In this document: positions 1-7,654 of the stretch, piece after piece
How the letters are laid out: the number at the start of each line of letters is the position of its first letter
How positions within the stretch are numbered: the stretch's first letter is position 1
Translations under genes and position numbers: made by a program
Notes under the pieces: model-generated
The model's database searches: none
Told to the model about the DNA's origin: nothing
The model's input: the letters and a program-made list of their open reading frames with translations, nothing else
Assembly: GCA_048881705.1 (NCBI GenBank)
Contig: JBHLSH010000042.1
Span: 1-32,609, forward strand
Length of the DNA stretch: 32,609 bases
Source: Candidatus Heimdallarchaeota archaeon
GTDB taxonomy: Archaea > Asgardarchaeota > Heimdallarchaeia > Hodarchaeales > Hodarchaeaceae
Direction of reading: 5' to 3'

Positions 1-96
1 GCCCAAGCGCTCACTAAGCGCTATAAAGTAAGAGTGGATGTACCATATAACCTGGAAACACTCCGTCTTGTGTAATACATCAATGGAAGGAGTTTT

Positions 97-576
97 GTGG
101 TTAATAAAAGGGAAATTGGGTCTAAAATCCGAAAATCGATCCTTAAACAGATCTCAGTACCCTCTGTTCCATTGAGTCGTGTGACAGAGAACATACGGTT
201 CGGATCAGAGGACGAGACCAGCAACTTGACGCTCCTGTACAATAAAAATCATGAGATCACCTTTTTTAAGTATAAAGATCGATTCCTACCCTCATTAAGA
301 TTTATTCGGGCGAATCCGCAGATAAACCTACCCTCTGTCAGGGTTGATCACGGAGCAGTTCCCCATATTTTAAACGGAGCAGATGTGTTCTGCCAAGGTG
401 TAGAAAAGATAAATCATGATTTTGATGCCGGCACAATCATCCTAGTTTTTAATCCACAAGATGCTGTTCTAGCCCTTGGAGAAGCGTTGATAAACTCCCA
501 GAAATTTTCAAGTGAGAAGGGAAAAGGCATTAAAAACATTCACTATCTAAACGACCGAATATGGGCTGGTAAATGA
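97..576 (+). CDS. PUA-domain RNA-binding protein (MCT-1/Tma20-like, pre-PUA + PUA)
   Basis: 159 aa, GTG start. C-terminal PUA signature 'VRVDHGAVPHILNGADVFCQGV...A(V)LALG...KGKGIKNIHYLND.IW'. Confidence 0.85.
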   Translation: MVNKREIGSKIRKSILKQISVPSVPLSRVTENIRFGSEDETSNLTLLYNKNHEITFFKYKDRFLPSLRFIRANPQINLPSVRVDHGAVPHILNGADVFCQGVEKINHDFDAGTIILVFNPQDAVLALGEALINSQKFSSEKGKGIKNIHYLNDRIWAGK

Positions 577-667
577 GGTCTAGCTCCCGAATACATCATT
601 TTTGGAAAAAAAATTAAAATAACGTTCCTAAGATTAGGCACCTGCTCTATTTAAGGATTAGATAACT

Positions 668-1063
668 ATGTCTTACAAGGTTATGAGTGATTACAAGTAT
701 CTTCCCGAACATGATTGGGCAAAACTGGATGGTGAGCATGTCCTTGTTGGCGTGACCGATTACGCACAAAAAAGTTTAAAGGACGTTGTATATGTTGAAC
801 TACCTTCAATAGGTAATTCCTATGGATTTAAAGAGGTTTTCGGGGCCATCGAGAGCGTTAAAGCGGCCTCTGAGTTGTTTTTGCCAATTGGAGGCGAAAT
901 CGTCTCAGTTAATGAGGCAGTAAACGATAATCCTGAGAAAGTAAATGAAGATCCATATGGCACTTGGCTGGTAAAGATTAAACCGTCCTCTCTAGACGAA
1001 GATTGGAGTAATTTAATGAATGCAGAGGAATACAAAAAGTATATCGAAGAACTAGAAGATTAA
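668..1063 (+). CDS. gcvH: Glycine cleavage system H protein (canonical lipoyl carrier)
   Basis: Motifs 'EHDW', 'VGVTDYAQ', 'IESVKAASE' (lipoyl Lys65) and 'NEDPYG.W'. Confidence 0.95.
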   Translation: MSYKVMSDYKYLPEHDWAKLDGEHVLVGVTDYAQKSLKDVVYVELPSIGNSYGFKEVFGAIESVKAASELFLPIGGEIVSVNEAVNDNPEKVNEDPYGTWLVKIKPSSLDEDWSNLMNAEEYKKYIEELED

Positions 1064-1099
1064 TGATGATGAATAAGCCTCGTTCCTATAGCACCGAAA

Positions 1100-1951
1100 A
1101 TGTCGGGAATTAATTATGCCCAAGATTCACATCATAAAGACACTGAGCTAGTGTTTGTTGGTCTTGGCTTAGTGGGCTTTAAGAGCTGCTCACTCGAGAC
1201 TCTTGAGGTTCTGCAGACCTCAGATATTATTTTCCTTGAGGATTACACCAACTTCATTTTGAGAGAAATCCCTCCTCCATTCCAGGATATTCTAAAGAAA
1301 ACAGTCACCATCACAAGGAAAGAGCTGGAAGAAGATGATGAGAAATTCTTTAAGAGAATAAGGGGGTTAAAAGTCGTCCTACTTATACCAGGAGATCCTT
1401 TCATCGCTACCACTCATATTTCTTTAAGAATTTCAGCAGAAGAAAAAGGAATAAATTATCGAATCATTCACAATACGTCAATACTTTCAGCCGCTATTTC
1501 CGCATCTGGACTCTCACCGTATCGTTTTGGCAGGACAGTAACATGTCCGTTTCCACAGAACCCTAGTGAACATCCCTATAACATTATCAAAAACAATCAA
1601 CAGATAAGGGCTCACACATTACTTTTGTTAGATATTAATCCGGTTTCAGGCGAATTTGTCTCTATAGATCAAGCATTATCCATGTTATTGGACATGGAAC
1701 ATAAAAATCAGGAAGGTTTGATAAGGGAAACGAGTTTAGCAATCGGCCTAGCTCGTCTTGGTTATAAAGATGTAACGCTCGCAGCGGGTACCATACAGCA
1801 GCTGATTGATCGGGACTGGAACGCGGTCGGCCCCCCTCAGTGCATAATAATCATAGATAATGAGCTTCATTTTGCTGAAAAACAAACCTTGAAAACCGTT
1901 TGGAAGATTCAAGATGATTTAAACGGGATAGATAATGAAAAGCACGTCTAA
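1100..1951 (+). CDS. dph5: Diphthine synthase
   Basis: Motifs 'VGLGL', 'GDPFIATTH', 'HNTSI', 'YRFGRTVT.PF' and 'HTLLLLDI'. Confidence 0.92.
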   Translation: MSGINYAQDSHHKDTELVFVGLGLVGFKSCSLETLEVLQTSDIIFLEDYTNFILREIPPPFQDILKKTVTITRKELEEDDEKFFKRIRGLKVVLLIPGDPFIATTHISLRISAEEKGINYRIIHNTSILSAAISASGLSPYRFGRTVTCPFPQNPSEHPYNIIKNNQQIRAHTLLLLDINPVSGEFVSIDQALSMLLDMEHKNQEGLIRETSLAIGLARLGYKDVTLAAGTIQQLIDRDWNAVGPPQCIIIIDNELHFAEKQTLKTVWKIQDDLNGIDNEKHV

Positions 1952-2606
1952 CACCACAGAACACTTCCATTTACTATTAAAGGACTTTTTGAAAGTAGCC
2001 TTTCTACTGACCCAGTCTCAGCAGAGTTTTAACCTGGAAGATTTCGCAGGGAAGCTGAGCAGAACCATAGAAGAAGCAAAAGCGCTTTTATCTGTTCTAA
2101 TTAGCCTTAATATGGTCAAACTTGTTGGTAAAGCTAGTGGCAATTATCAGATAACGATTGGAGGTCGAAATAACCTTAGAATAGTAATGACGGGGGGCGC
2201 TTTCGATATTTTGCATCTTGGGCATCTAAAAACATTACAGGCTGCAAAAACCCATGGTGATCTCTTATTTGTGGTTGTAGCATCGGACCAAACTGTCGAA
2301 CGAAACAAGGGAAGACCACCAATGAATAGCCAGAATAACAGAATGGCTCTCCTTTCTCACATTGACATTATTGATAAAGTGGTTGCCGGTGCCTCCGATC
2401 CTGAAAAATTCATTGAAACTGTCGGGCTGATACAGCCCGATGTAATAGCACTTGGCTACGATCAATCGCTTTCGGAAGAACGTCTTCTGAAAATGCTTCA
2501 TGATAAAGGGGAGACGAATATCGAAATTATTCGACTGGAGGCAAACGTTCCCGATGAGAAAACATCACTAAAAATGCAATCTATCGATGATCACTCATTT
2601 GATTAA
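1935..2606 (+). CDS. ribL: Archaeal FAD synthase (cytidylyltransferase fold) with an extra N-terminal winged-helix domain
   Basis: 'GGAFDILHLGH' HIGH motif, 'VVVASD.TV...KGRPP', 'PDVIALGYDQ'. About 78 aa N-terminal wHTH-like extension. Overlaps dph5 by 17 nt and converges on the riboflavin kinase gene. Confidence 0.8.
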   Translation: MKSTSNTTEHFHLLLKDFLKVAFLLTQSQQSFNLEDFAGKLSRTIEEAKALLSVLISLNMVKLVGKASGNYQITIGGRNNLRIVMTGGAFDILHLGHLKTLQAAKTHGDLLFVVVASDQTVERNKGRPPMNSQNNRMALLSHIDIIDKVVAGASDPEKFIETVGLIQPDVIALGYDQSLSEERLLKMLHDKGETNIEIIRLEANVPDEKTSLKMQSIDDHSFD

Positions 2607-2607
2607 T

Positions 2608-3345
2608 CTAAAGATCGAATCGAGGACGAACCGCGACTTCTAGCTCGTCACCATCTTGTACTTCATATGTACTTTTAATATGCTCCTCACAGATTAATTC
2701 CAGCTGATCTATGTGATGGGTTCTATCAGGATAGACAATGGCAGCGGGAATTAATTTATCTTGATTTGGTACTATTAAGTAGGCAGGCCAAACAAATGCT
2801 TTTCCAAAAACCCGCCCATTTTCGCTGAATTCCGAGACCAGTTCAGATGGAGCAGTTAACAATCGCTTGAAATTCTCTAAATGAGGGTCAGATAACAGCT
2901 GAAGGTTTAAAGTTCCAGCGTAAGGTTTAAACCCCAGGATAGCTTCAAATTGTCTTTGGTAACCCTTCCGGCTCATGTAGTAGGCACCGTCACCCATGCC
3001 TGTTATAACCTTGCCCTTAATGCGAATTTCTTCTGGTGCCTCACGGCCTTTGCTTGCTAAAACCACCCATAAATCAGAAAAGATTTGATCAAGGAGGGCG
3101 GCCCCTTCAGGAGTAATTCGAATTGAATTCCCCTTTCTCGTATAAGTTCGGACAATTAGATTTCCGTTTTCCATTGAGGTCAACCTGCGAGAGGTACTTT
3201 GTTGGGATAGTCCGATTGCTTCCCCTAGCGATTGTGTCGTAATAACCACGGATCTACGAAGGCCGCCCAATTTCCCCAAGTGAAGGAGGATAGGTAAATA
3301 CTCGGAGATAAACTGCCTACTGTTTTTATTCTTCTCCAGAGACAT
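2608..3345 (-). CDS. ribK: CTP-dependent riboflavin kinase with N-terminal HTH (RbkR-type bifunctional regulator)
   Basis: HTH 'TTQSLGEAIGLSQQSTSRRLTSME'; kinase motifs 'GKVITGMGDGAYY', 'PYAGTLN', 'RTHH'. ATG at 3345 preferred over TTG at 3354. Confidence 0.9.
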   Translation of the reverse strand: MSLEKNKNSRQFISEYLPILLHLGKLGGLRRSVVITTQSLGEAIGLSQQSTSRRLTSMENGNLIVRTYTRKGNSIRITPEGAALLDQIFSDLWVVLASKGREAPEEIRIKGKVITGMGDGAYYMSRKGYQRQFEAILGFKPYAGTLNLQLLSDPHLENFKRLLTAPSELVSEFSENGRVFGKAFVWPAYLIVPNQDKLIPAAIVYPDRTHHIDQLELICEEHIKSTYEVQDGDELEVAVRPRFDL

Positions 3346-3354
3346 TTTAGACAA

Positions 3355-3385
3355 ATTAAGATTTTTGCTTAATCTTAATATATAT
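3355..3385. promoter_or_regulatory. Perfect 9-bp inverted repeat ATTAAGATT-N7-AATCTTAAT abutting a TATA-like element; candidate RbkR operator
   Basis: Arms at 3355-3363 and 3371-3379, AATATATAT at 3377-3385, 10 nt upstream of the ribK ATG. Confidence 0.55.
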
Positions 3386-3472
3386 GACTAGGAACAAGCC
3401 AATCACAGTCTAATTCGGTACCGTGTCATTTTAGGACACAGTATTCCTCAATTTTGGAGTGTACGGTATGAC

Positions 3473-3577
3473 GGGCGCATAGCTCAGCAAGGTAGAGCGG
3501 CGGGCTCTTAACCCGTTGGTCAATTGTCAAGAAATCCTTTGACAATCCAAATGGGGGTTCAAGTCCCTCTGCGCCCG
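3473..3577 (+). tRNA. tRNA-Lys(CTT) with a 31-nt intron (3522-3552) at non-canonical position 48/49
   Basis: Acceptor GGGCGCA/TGCGCCC, D stem GCTC/GAGC, anticodon stem GCGGG/CCCGT with CTT at 3507-3509, T arm GGGGG-TTCAAGT-CCCTC. 36 nt lie between the anticodon and T stems; removing 3522-3552 gives a 74-nt cloverleaf. BHB-like motif at the junctions. Confidence 0.9.
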
Positions 3578-3583
3578 TTTACC

Positions 3584-3589
3584 TTTTTT
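3584..3589 (+). terminator. Oligo-T tract downstream of tRNA-Lys
   Basis: TTTTTT 7 nt after the discriminator base; archaeal termination commonly occurs at U-tracts. Confidence 0.4.
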
Positions 3590-3635
3590 CACGCATTCCA
3601 CTGACAAACGCAGCTCAAAATCAGTATTTCAAATC

Positions 3636-4703
3636 GTGGTTTTAATGAAAAACCCCATGGTTAGACAATTAGGGGTTGAAGTTCGTCCCAAGGACGCAGC
3701 GGAGATTCATTACATCATTAAAACGTTGGGCATTTTGGATACAAGCAAAAAACCCATAAAAACAAGCAATAAAGTGGTTTTTCCTATTGTTACAGATGAA
3801 GGGTTATCTAAACGTCCTTCCTCAATACAGTTCGTGATTGGTTATCATGCTTTTTCCACGAGAGCCGACCATAGGCCCCTATTAGGTCGACTGGAGGGAA
3901 ATTTCCCTGATCTTCCCTGGGACTCAATATCGCTCAAGTTCGATCAGATAGGACACATTGCCGTACTGAAGATCGATCCTAAAAGGACATCGGCATCCTT
4001 TCGACGACAGGTGGGAATTGAAATTTTGAAAATGTATCCCAAGATCACTTCGGTGGTCAACAAAGTAGATATTATTAGAGGGATTAGAAGAAAGTATCCT
4101 ATTGAGCATCTTGCAGGTGTTAAAGAGACCCAAGGGTGGCATCGTGAATATGGACTTTGGATATACTTTGATCTGGATAAAGCGTATTTTAATCCTCGCC
4201 TGGCCGAGGAACATCATAGAATTGCGTGTAATATCAAACCAAATAACAGAATCCTAGATATGTTTACCGGTGTCGGACCGTTTGCCTTGCACTGTGCCAA
4301 AAAATCCCAATGCCAGGTTGTTGCTATTGATATCAATCCCTCGGCGATTGACGCTCTAAAAAGGAGTATCGCTCGCAATCAACTTCAGGGATCCATTGAT
4401 CCTATCCTAGGAGACTCTGGTCACGTCCTAAAGGGGAATCCAAAATTTGATCGTGTGATTATAAATCTACCAGAGTCTTCTGGAGAATATCTCGAACAAG
4501 GTGCAAGCTTAATACGAAAGGGAGGTATTCTAACCTTTTACCAGTTTTTTCCTAGGACGACTGGCATCCAAGAAAGCATCAAAATACTGTTTAAGGAGAA
4601 ATTAACCCATATTAACTCTTATAAAGTAATCTACTCAAAGATTGGAGCGCGAGATATTTCTCCTTCTCGCGTCCAAGTCAATGTTGACGTCCTGATCAAT
4701 TGA
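3636..4703 (+). CDS. trm5: tRNA (guanine37-N1)-methyltransferase, Trm5/TYW2 family
   Basis: Motifs 'FDQIGHIAV', 'HREYG..IYFD..KAYFNPRL', SAM-binding 'DMFTGVGPF', 'IDINP', 'IINLP'. Exact start uncertain. Confidence 0.85.
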   Translation: MVLMKNPMVRQLGVEVRPKDAAEIHYIIKTLGILDTSKKPIKTSNKVVFPIVTDEGLSKRPSSIQFVIGYHAFSTRADHRPLLGRLEGNFPDLPWDSISLKFDQIGHIAVLKIDPKRTSASFRRQVGIEILKMYPKITSVVNKVDIIRGIRRKYPIEHLAGVKETQGWHREYGLWIYFDLDKAYFNPRLAEEHHRIACNIKPNNRILDMFTGVGPFALHCAKKSQCQVVAIDINPSAIDALKRSIARNQLQGSIDPILGDSGHVLKGNPKFDRVIINLPESSGEYLEQGASLIRKGGILTFYQFFPRTTGIQESIKILFKEKLTHINSYKVIYSKIGARDISPSRVQVNVDVLIN

Positions 4704-4718
4704 AAAAGGTAGTGTGAT

Positions 4719-5408
4719 ATGTCACACCTGACAAAGAACCGCTTCGAGGAGGAAAAAAAGCGGTTACTTGACAGATATAAAAGAGCGAAGTATGTTCAAA
4801 GCGAATTAGCTGCGGCAGCATTTTTGAAGGTTCCTCGAGAACTTTTTCTTCCTGAATCCCAGATTCCTTGGGCTTACAGTGATAGGCCACTTCCCTTGAT
4901 GTCCACGGGGCAGACCATATCGGCTCCTCATATGACAGTAATGATTTTAGAATATCTTGACTTAAAACCAGGATTGAAAATATTAGAGGTGGGGGCGGGC
5001 TCTGGATATCAAGCTGCGCTTATTGCAGCAGTTGTTGCTCCCCCTAAATTTCCTCATCCTGGACATGTATATTCAATTGAAATTGTTTCCGATTTAGTTG
5101 CCTTTGCCAGGAATAATCTTAAAGAAGCTGGTTTTGGTAACCTTGTCACAGTAATAGAAGGGGATGGGACCCTAGGTTATCCTGAAAAAGCGCCCTATGA
5201 CCGAATTATTTTAACAGCGGCTGGGCCACGAGTACCCCCTCCGTTGTTATCTCAGCTACGTATTGGTGGCTTGTTGGTTATGCCCCTTGGAATCCCTGGA
5301 TTATGGCAACAGATGAAGAGCTTTCTTAAGGTTTCGGATACAGAAACCACAGAACAGACGCTATCCTCCGTTGCATTTGTTCCACTTAGAGGTAAGCATG
5401 GGGTTTAA
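4719..5408 (+). CDS. pcm: Protein-L-isoaspartate O-methyltransferase
   Basis: Motifs 'VPRELF', 'AYSDRPL', 'GQTISAPHM', 'LEVGAGSGY', 'APYDRI..TA', 'FVPL'. Confidence 0.95.
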   Translation: MSHLTKNRFEEEKKRLLDRYKRAKYVQSELAAAAFLKVPRELFLPESQIPWAYSDRPLPLMSTGQTISAPHMTVMILEYLDLKPGLKILEVGAGSGYQAALIAAVVAPPKFPHPGHVYSIEIVSDLVAFARNNLKEAGFGNLVTVIEGDGTLGYPEKAPYDRIILTAAGPRVPPPLLSQLRIGGLLVMPLGIPGLWQQMKSFLKVSDTETTEQTLSSVAFVPLRGKHGV

Positions 5409-5452
5409 TCAATAGATTTAACATCATCTGAAAAATGATGAAGATCGATTTG

Positions 5453-6523
5453 TTAAAAAAACTGATCTAAAGATTGCCGGGCGGACTCGAGCTTCAGCTT
5501 CTGCCGTTTCCTGACCATTGTATCTAGTTGACGTGCGACACGATTCTGATTGAAATCTCGTTCTTCAACTAAGAACTCAGTGACCTTAGATCTGTCAAAT
5601 TTAGGGAAATTTACTTGAGCTGTAAGATCAACCTCTGGTGACTTGAAATACTCGAATAATGTGTGGGGAGAATACGGAAAAACTTCCCTCAAATCGAATT
5701 TGTGTTCAAGATGATTCAAAAGGCTTGGCAATGTGTTGTATTGCCTGACAAGTTTCAGTCCAGTCTTTGGGCCAATCCCTTTAATACCATCAGGATTATA
5801 ATCTGTTCCAATCAGAAGTCCGAGCATAATGAGCTGGTCTCGGGAATTTAATCCTAGTTCCTGAAGAATATCCTTTAAAAGAACTTGTTCAGGCGGCGAT
5901 TCGCTCCATCTATCTTGGCTGGGTTGTTTTCTTCTCTGAGTGACCGAGAGATTTCGCAGAATTCGCGGTCCGCCAAAGAGAAAGGAATCATAATCTTGGG
6001 TGGCCATGGCGTAGATTTTGTTCTGTTGAATCATAATGACCCCCTGTGCTTCAGCCTCGGAAGCTGCCTGTATTGATGGAATCCCCAAGTACTGCAGAAG
6101 TCGTTTGGCGTCATCAATTATGTCTGATGTGACCCTAGAAGTCGCCTGAGCATATTTCATAGCTGACTCCAGATCACCTTTGGCCAAAGCTGCTTGCCTA
6201 TTCTCTTCTGCTTGTTCTTTCTTTTCCTGTCGGCTTTTAATCTCTTCAGCTTTGAATTGAGGCGGCTCGCCATCAAAAATAAAAATCGGCTTAATATTGT
6301 GCGCAAGCAAGCTGGTCATTCGATTAAACAACCCGATAAGATGCGAGGTAACATTTCCTTCCTGATCTGTAAAATACCCTCCCCCTGTTTCTCTGCTTCT
6401 AATCCGTGCCAGAAAGGCATAGATCGTGATAAAAGCATCTACTCCTATTATCTTACCAGATAAATCCGTAAGGTTAATTTCATTTCGGCTTTTGACAATT
6501 AATGGCCCGATTTTTGTACCCAT
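5453..6523 (-). CDS. fen1: Flap endonuclease 1
   Basis: Motifs 'TSHL.GLFNR', 'FIFDG', 'SEAEAQ', 'QDYDSFLFG', 'GTDYNPDGIKGIGPKTGL'; PIP-like C-terminus 'QSLDQFF'. Start placed at ATG 6523 (MGTKIG); TTTTATAA on the minus strand at 6566-6559 lies upstream. Confidence 0.95.
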   Translation of the reverse strand: MGTKIGPLIVKSRNEINLTDLSGKIIGVDAFITIYAFLARIRSRETGGGYFTDQEGNVTSHLIGLFNRMTSLLAHNIKPIFIFDGEPPQFKAEEIKSRQEKKEQAEENRQAALAKGDLESAMKYAQATSRVTSDIIDDAKRLLQYLGIPSIQAASEAEAQGVIMIQQNKIYAMATQDYDSFLFGGPRILRNLSVTQRRKQPSQDRWSESPPEQVLLKDILQELGLNSRDQLIMLGLLIGTDYNPDGIKGIGPKTGLKLVRQYNTLPSLLNHLEHKFDLREVFPYSPHTLFEYFKSPEVDLTAQVNFPKFDRSKVTEFLVEERDFNQNRVARQLDTMVRKRQKLKLESARQSLDQFF

Positions 6524-6614
6524 TGGTATCCCGCAATGAAAAGGATTTTCGCAGCAGGTTATAAAATGATGTTTCAAAGGCTCATAAACGTGTCAAAATC
6601 CCAAGTAGATGGGT

Positions 6615-6634
6615 GAAAAATCACTTTAACTATA
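6615..6634 (+). promoter_or_regulatory. Candidate BRE/TATA promoter of the tRNA-Val/tRNA-Leu pair
   Basis: GAAAAA (6615-6620) followed by TTTAACTATA (6625-6634), about 25 nt upstream of the tRNA-Val start. Confidence 0.45.
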
Positions 6635-6656
6635 TCGATACCATTTAACATTTGAT

Positions 6657-6733
6657 GGGTCGGTGGTCTAGCCCGGTATGACACTTGGCTTACACCCAAG
6701 AAGTCGGCAGTTCAAATCTGCTCCGACCCACCA
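6657..6733 (+). tRNA. tRNA-Val(TAC), CCA encoded
   Basis: Acceptor GGGTCGG/CCGACCC, anticodon stem CTTGG/CCAAG with TAC at 6691-6693, T arm GGCAG-TTCAAAT-CTGCT, 3' ACCA. Confidence 0.95.
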
Positions 6734-6752
6734 TTATCTATTCCCCTGAATA

Positions 6753-6837
6753 GCGGGGGTCTCCCAGCCAGGTCAAAGGAGCCAGGTTTAGGTCCTGGTC
6801 GCGTAGGCGTTCGAGAGTTCAAATCTCTCCCCCCGCA
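6753..6837 (+). tRNA. tRNA-Leu(TAG), long variable arm, CCA not encoded
   Basis: Acceptor GCGGGGG/CCCCCGC, anticodon stem CCAGG/CCTGG with TAG at 6789-6791, T arm GAGAG-TTCAAAT-CTCTC. Confidence 0.95.
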
Positions 6838-6901
6838 TCCTTATAATCTTAACGGACAAGTAGATTTTCTTCTTTTGAAGTAAATTAAGGATGAGATTAT
6901 T

Positions 6902-7534
6902 ATGACTGATTTTGAGGAAATTTTCAAGAACCTTCGTAGCCAATTGGAAAGAGATAATAATATTCGAGAAGAGTTGATAACTCTAGGGCGGCAGTCAATT
7001 CAAAAATCCTCAATGACAATCCGATATATCCATCGGGGAGAGTACCCAGAAGCGGAGGTTCTCATCCGAGAAAACGAAATGATCATTTCCCGTTTAAATA
7101 AAATCGCGGCCGAGATGGCATTTGTACCTCCGGGTCAAATTATTTCATACAACCAAGAGTTCGCTGAAGCCGTGATGTTGATGCATTTTATGCAAAGTAA
7201 ACCAATTCCCTCCCCGGATGACCTTAAAATTCCATATATCTCTTATCTACACGGCCTAGCCGATTTCCTCGGCGAGCTGAGAAGGGTGGTTTTGGATTTA
7301 CTCCGTAAAAAAAATCATAAGGATGAATTAGAGAGAGCTATCCACATTTTGGACGTCATGGAAGATATTCATGTTCTTTTAACCACCCTTGATTTCCCAG
7401 ATGGATTAACCCATAATCTCCGACGAAAATCGGATCGAACTCGAGGCTTGATCGAGAGAACCCGAGGGGATCTTACTTTGGGCGTATTGATGTCAAGGCA
7501 GAATCTTCCGGATCATGAAAATGATGGCTTCTGA
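6902..7534 (+). CDS. Translin/TRAX (C3PO-like) family nuclease
   Basis: Motifs 'REELI..GR', 'QEFAEA', 'YLHGLADFLGELRR', 'LRRKSD..RGLIE'. Confidence 0.88.
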   Translation: MTDFEEIFKNLRSQLERDNNIREELITLGRQSIQKSSMTIRYIHRGEYPEAEVLIRENEMIISRLNKIAAEMAFVPPGQIISYNQEFAEAVMLMHFMQSKPIPSPDDLKIPYISYLHGLADFLGELRRVVLDLLRKKNHKDELERAIHILDVMEDIHVLLTTLDFPDGLTHNLRRKSDRTRGLIERTRGDLTLGVLMSRQNLPDHENDGF

Positions 7535-7654
7535 TTATTTATCGTAGTATCGGATCCTGGGGTTGGAAGTCGATCCTTTCTAGCTAGGGTTAACCTGGCA
7601 AATCATCCAGACCATTAAAAATTGAGGATAAATGTTGGAGTCGTCATCCTCTTC

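Noticed and set aside
4180-4225. Trm5 'PRLAEEH' in place of the usual 'PRLxxER'
   Set aside because: A single substitution with the other catalytic motifs intact; insufficient to claim altered specificity.
6524-6577. 18-aa N-terminal extension of FEN1 in the ORF track (MKHHFITCC...)
   Set aside because: Homology starts at MG (6523), and a TATA-like element lies inside the extension.
7624-7651. GAGGAT/ATCCTC hairpin after gcvPB considered as SECIS or terminator
   Set aside because: No GAA/A SECIS core and no in-frame TGA interrupting gcvP homology; only 6 firm base pairs, so a terminator role is possible but unsupported.
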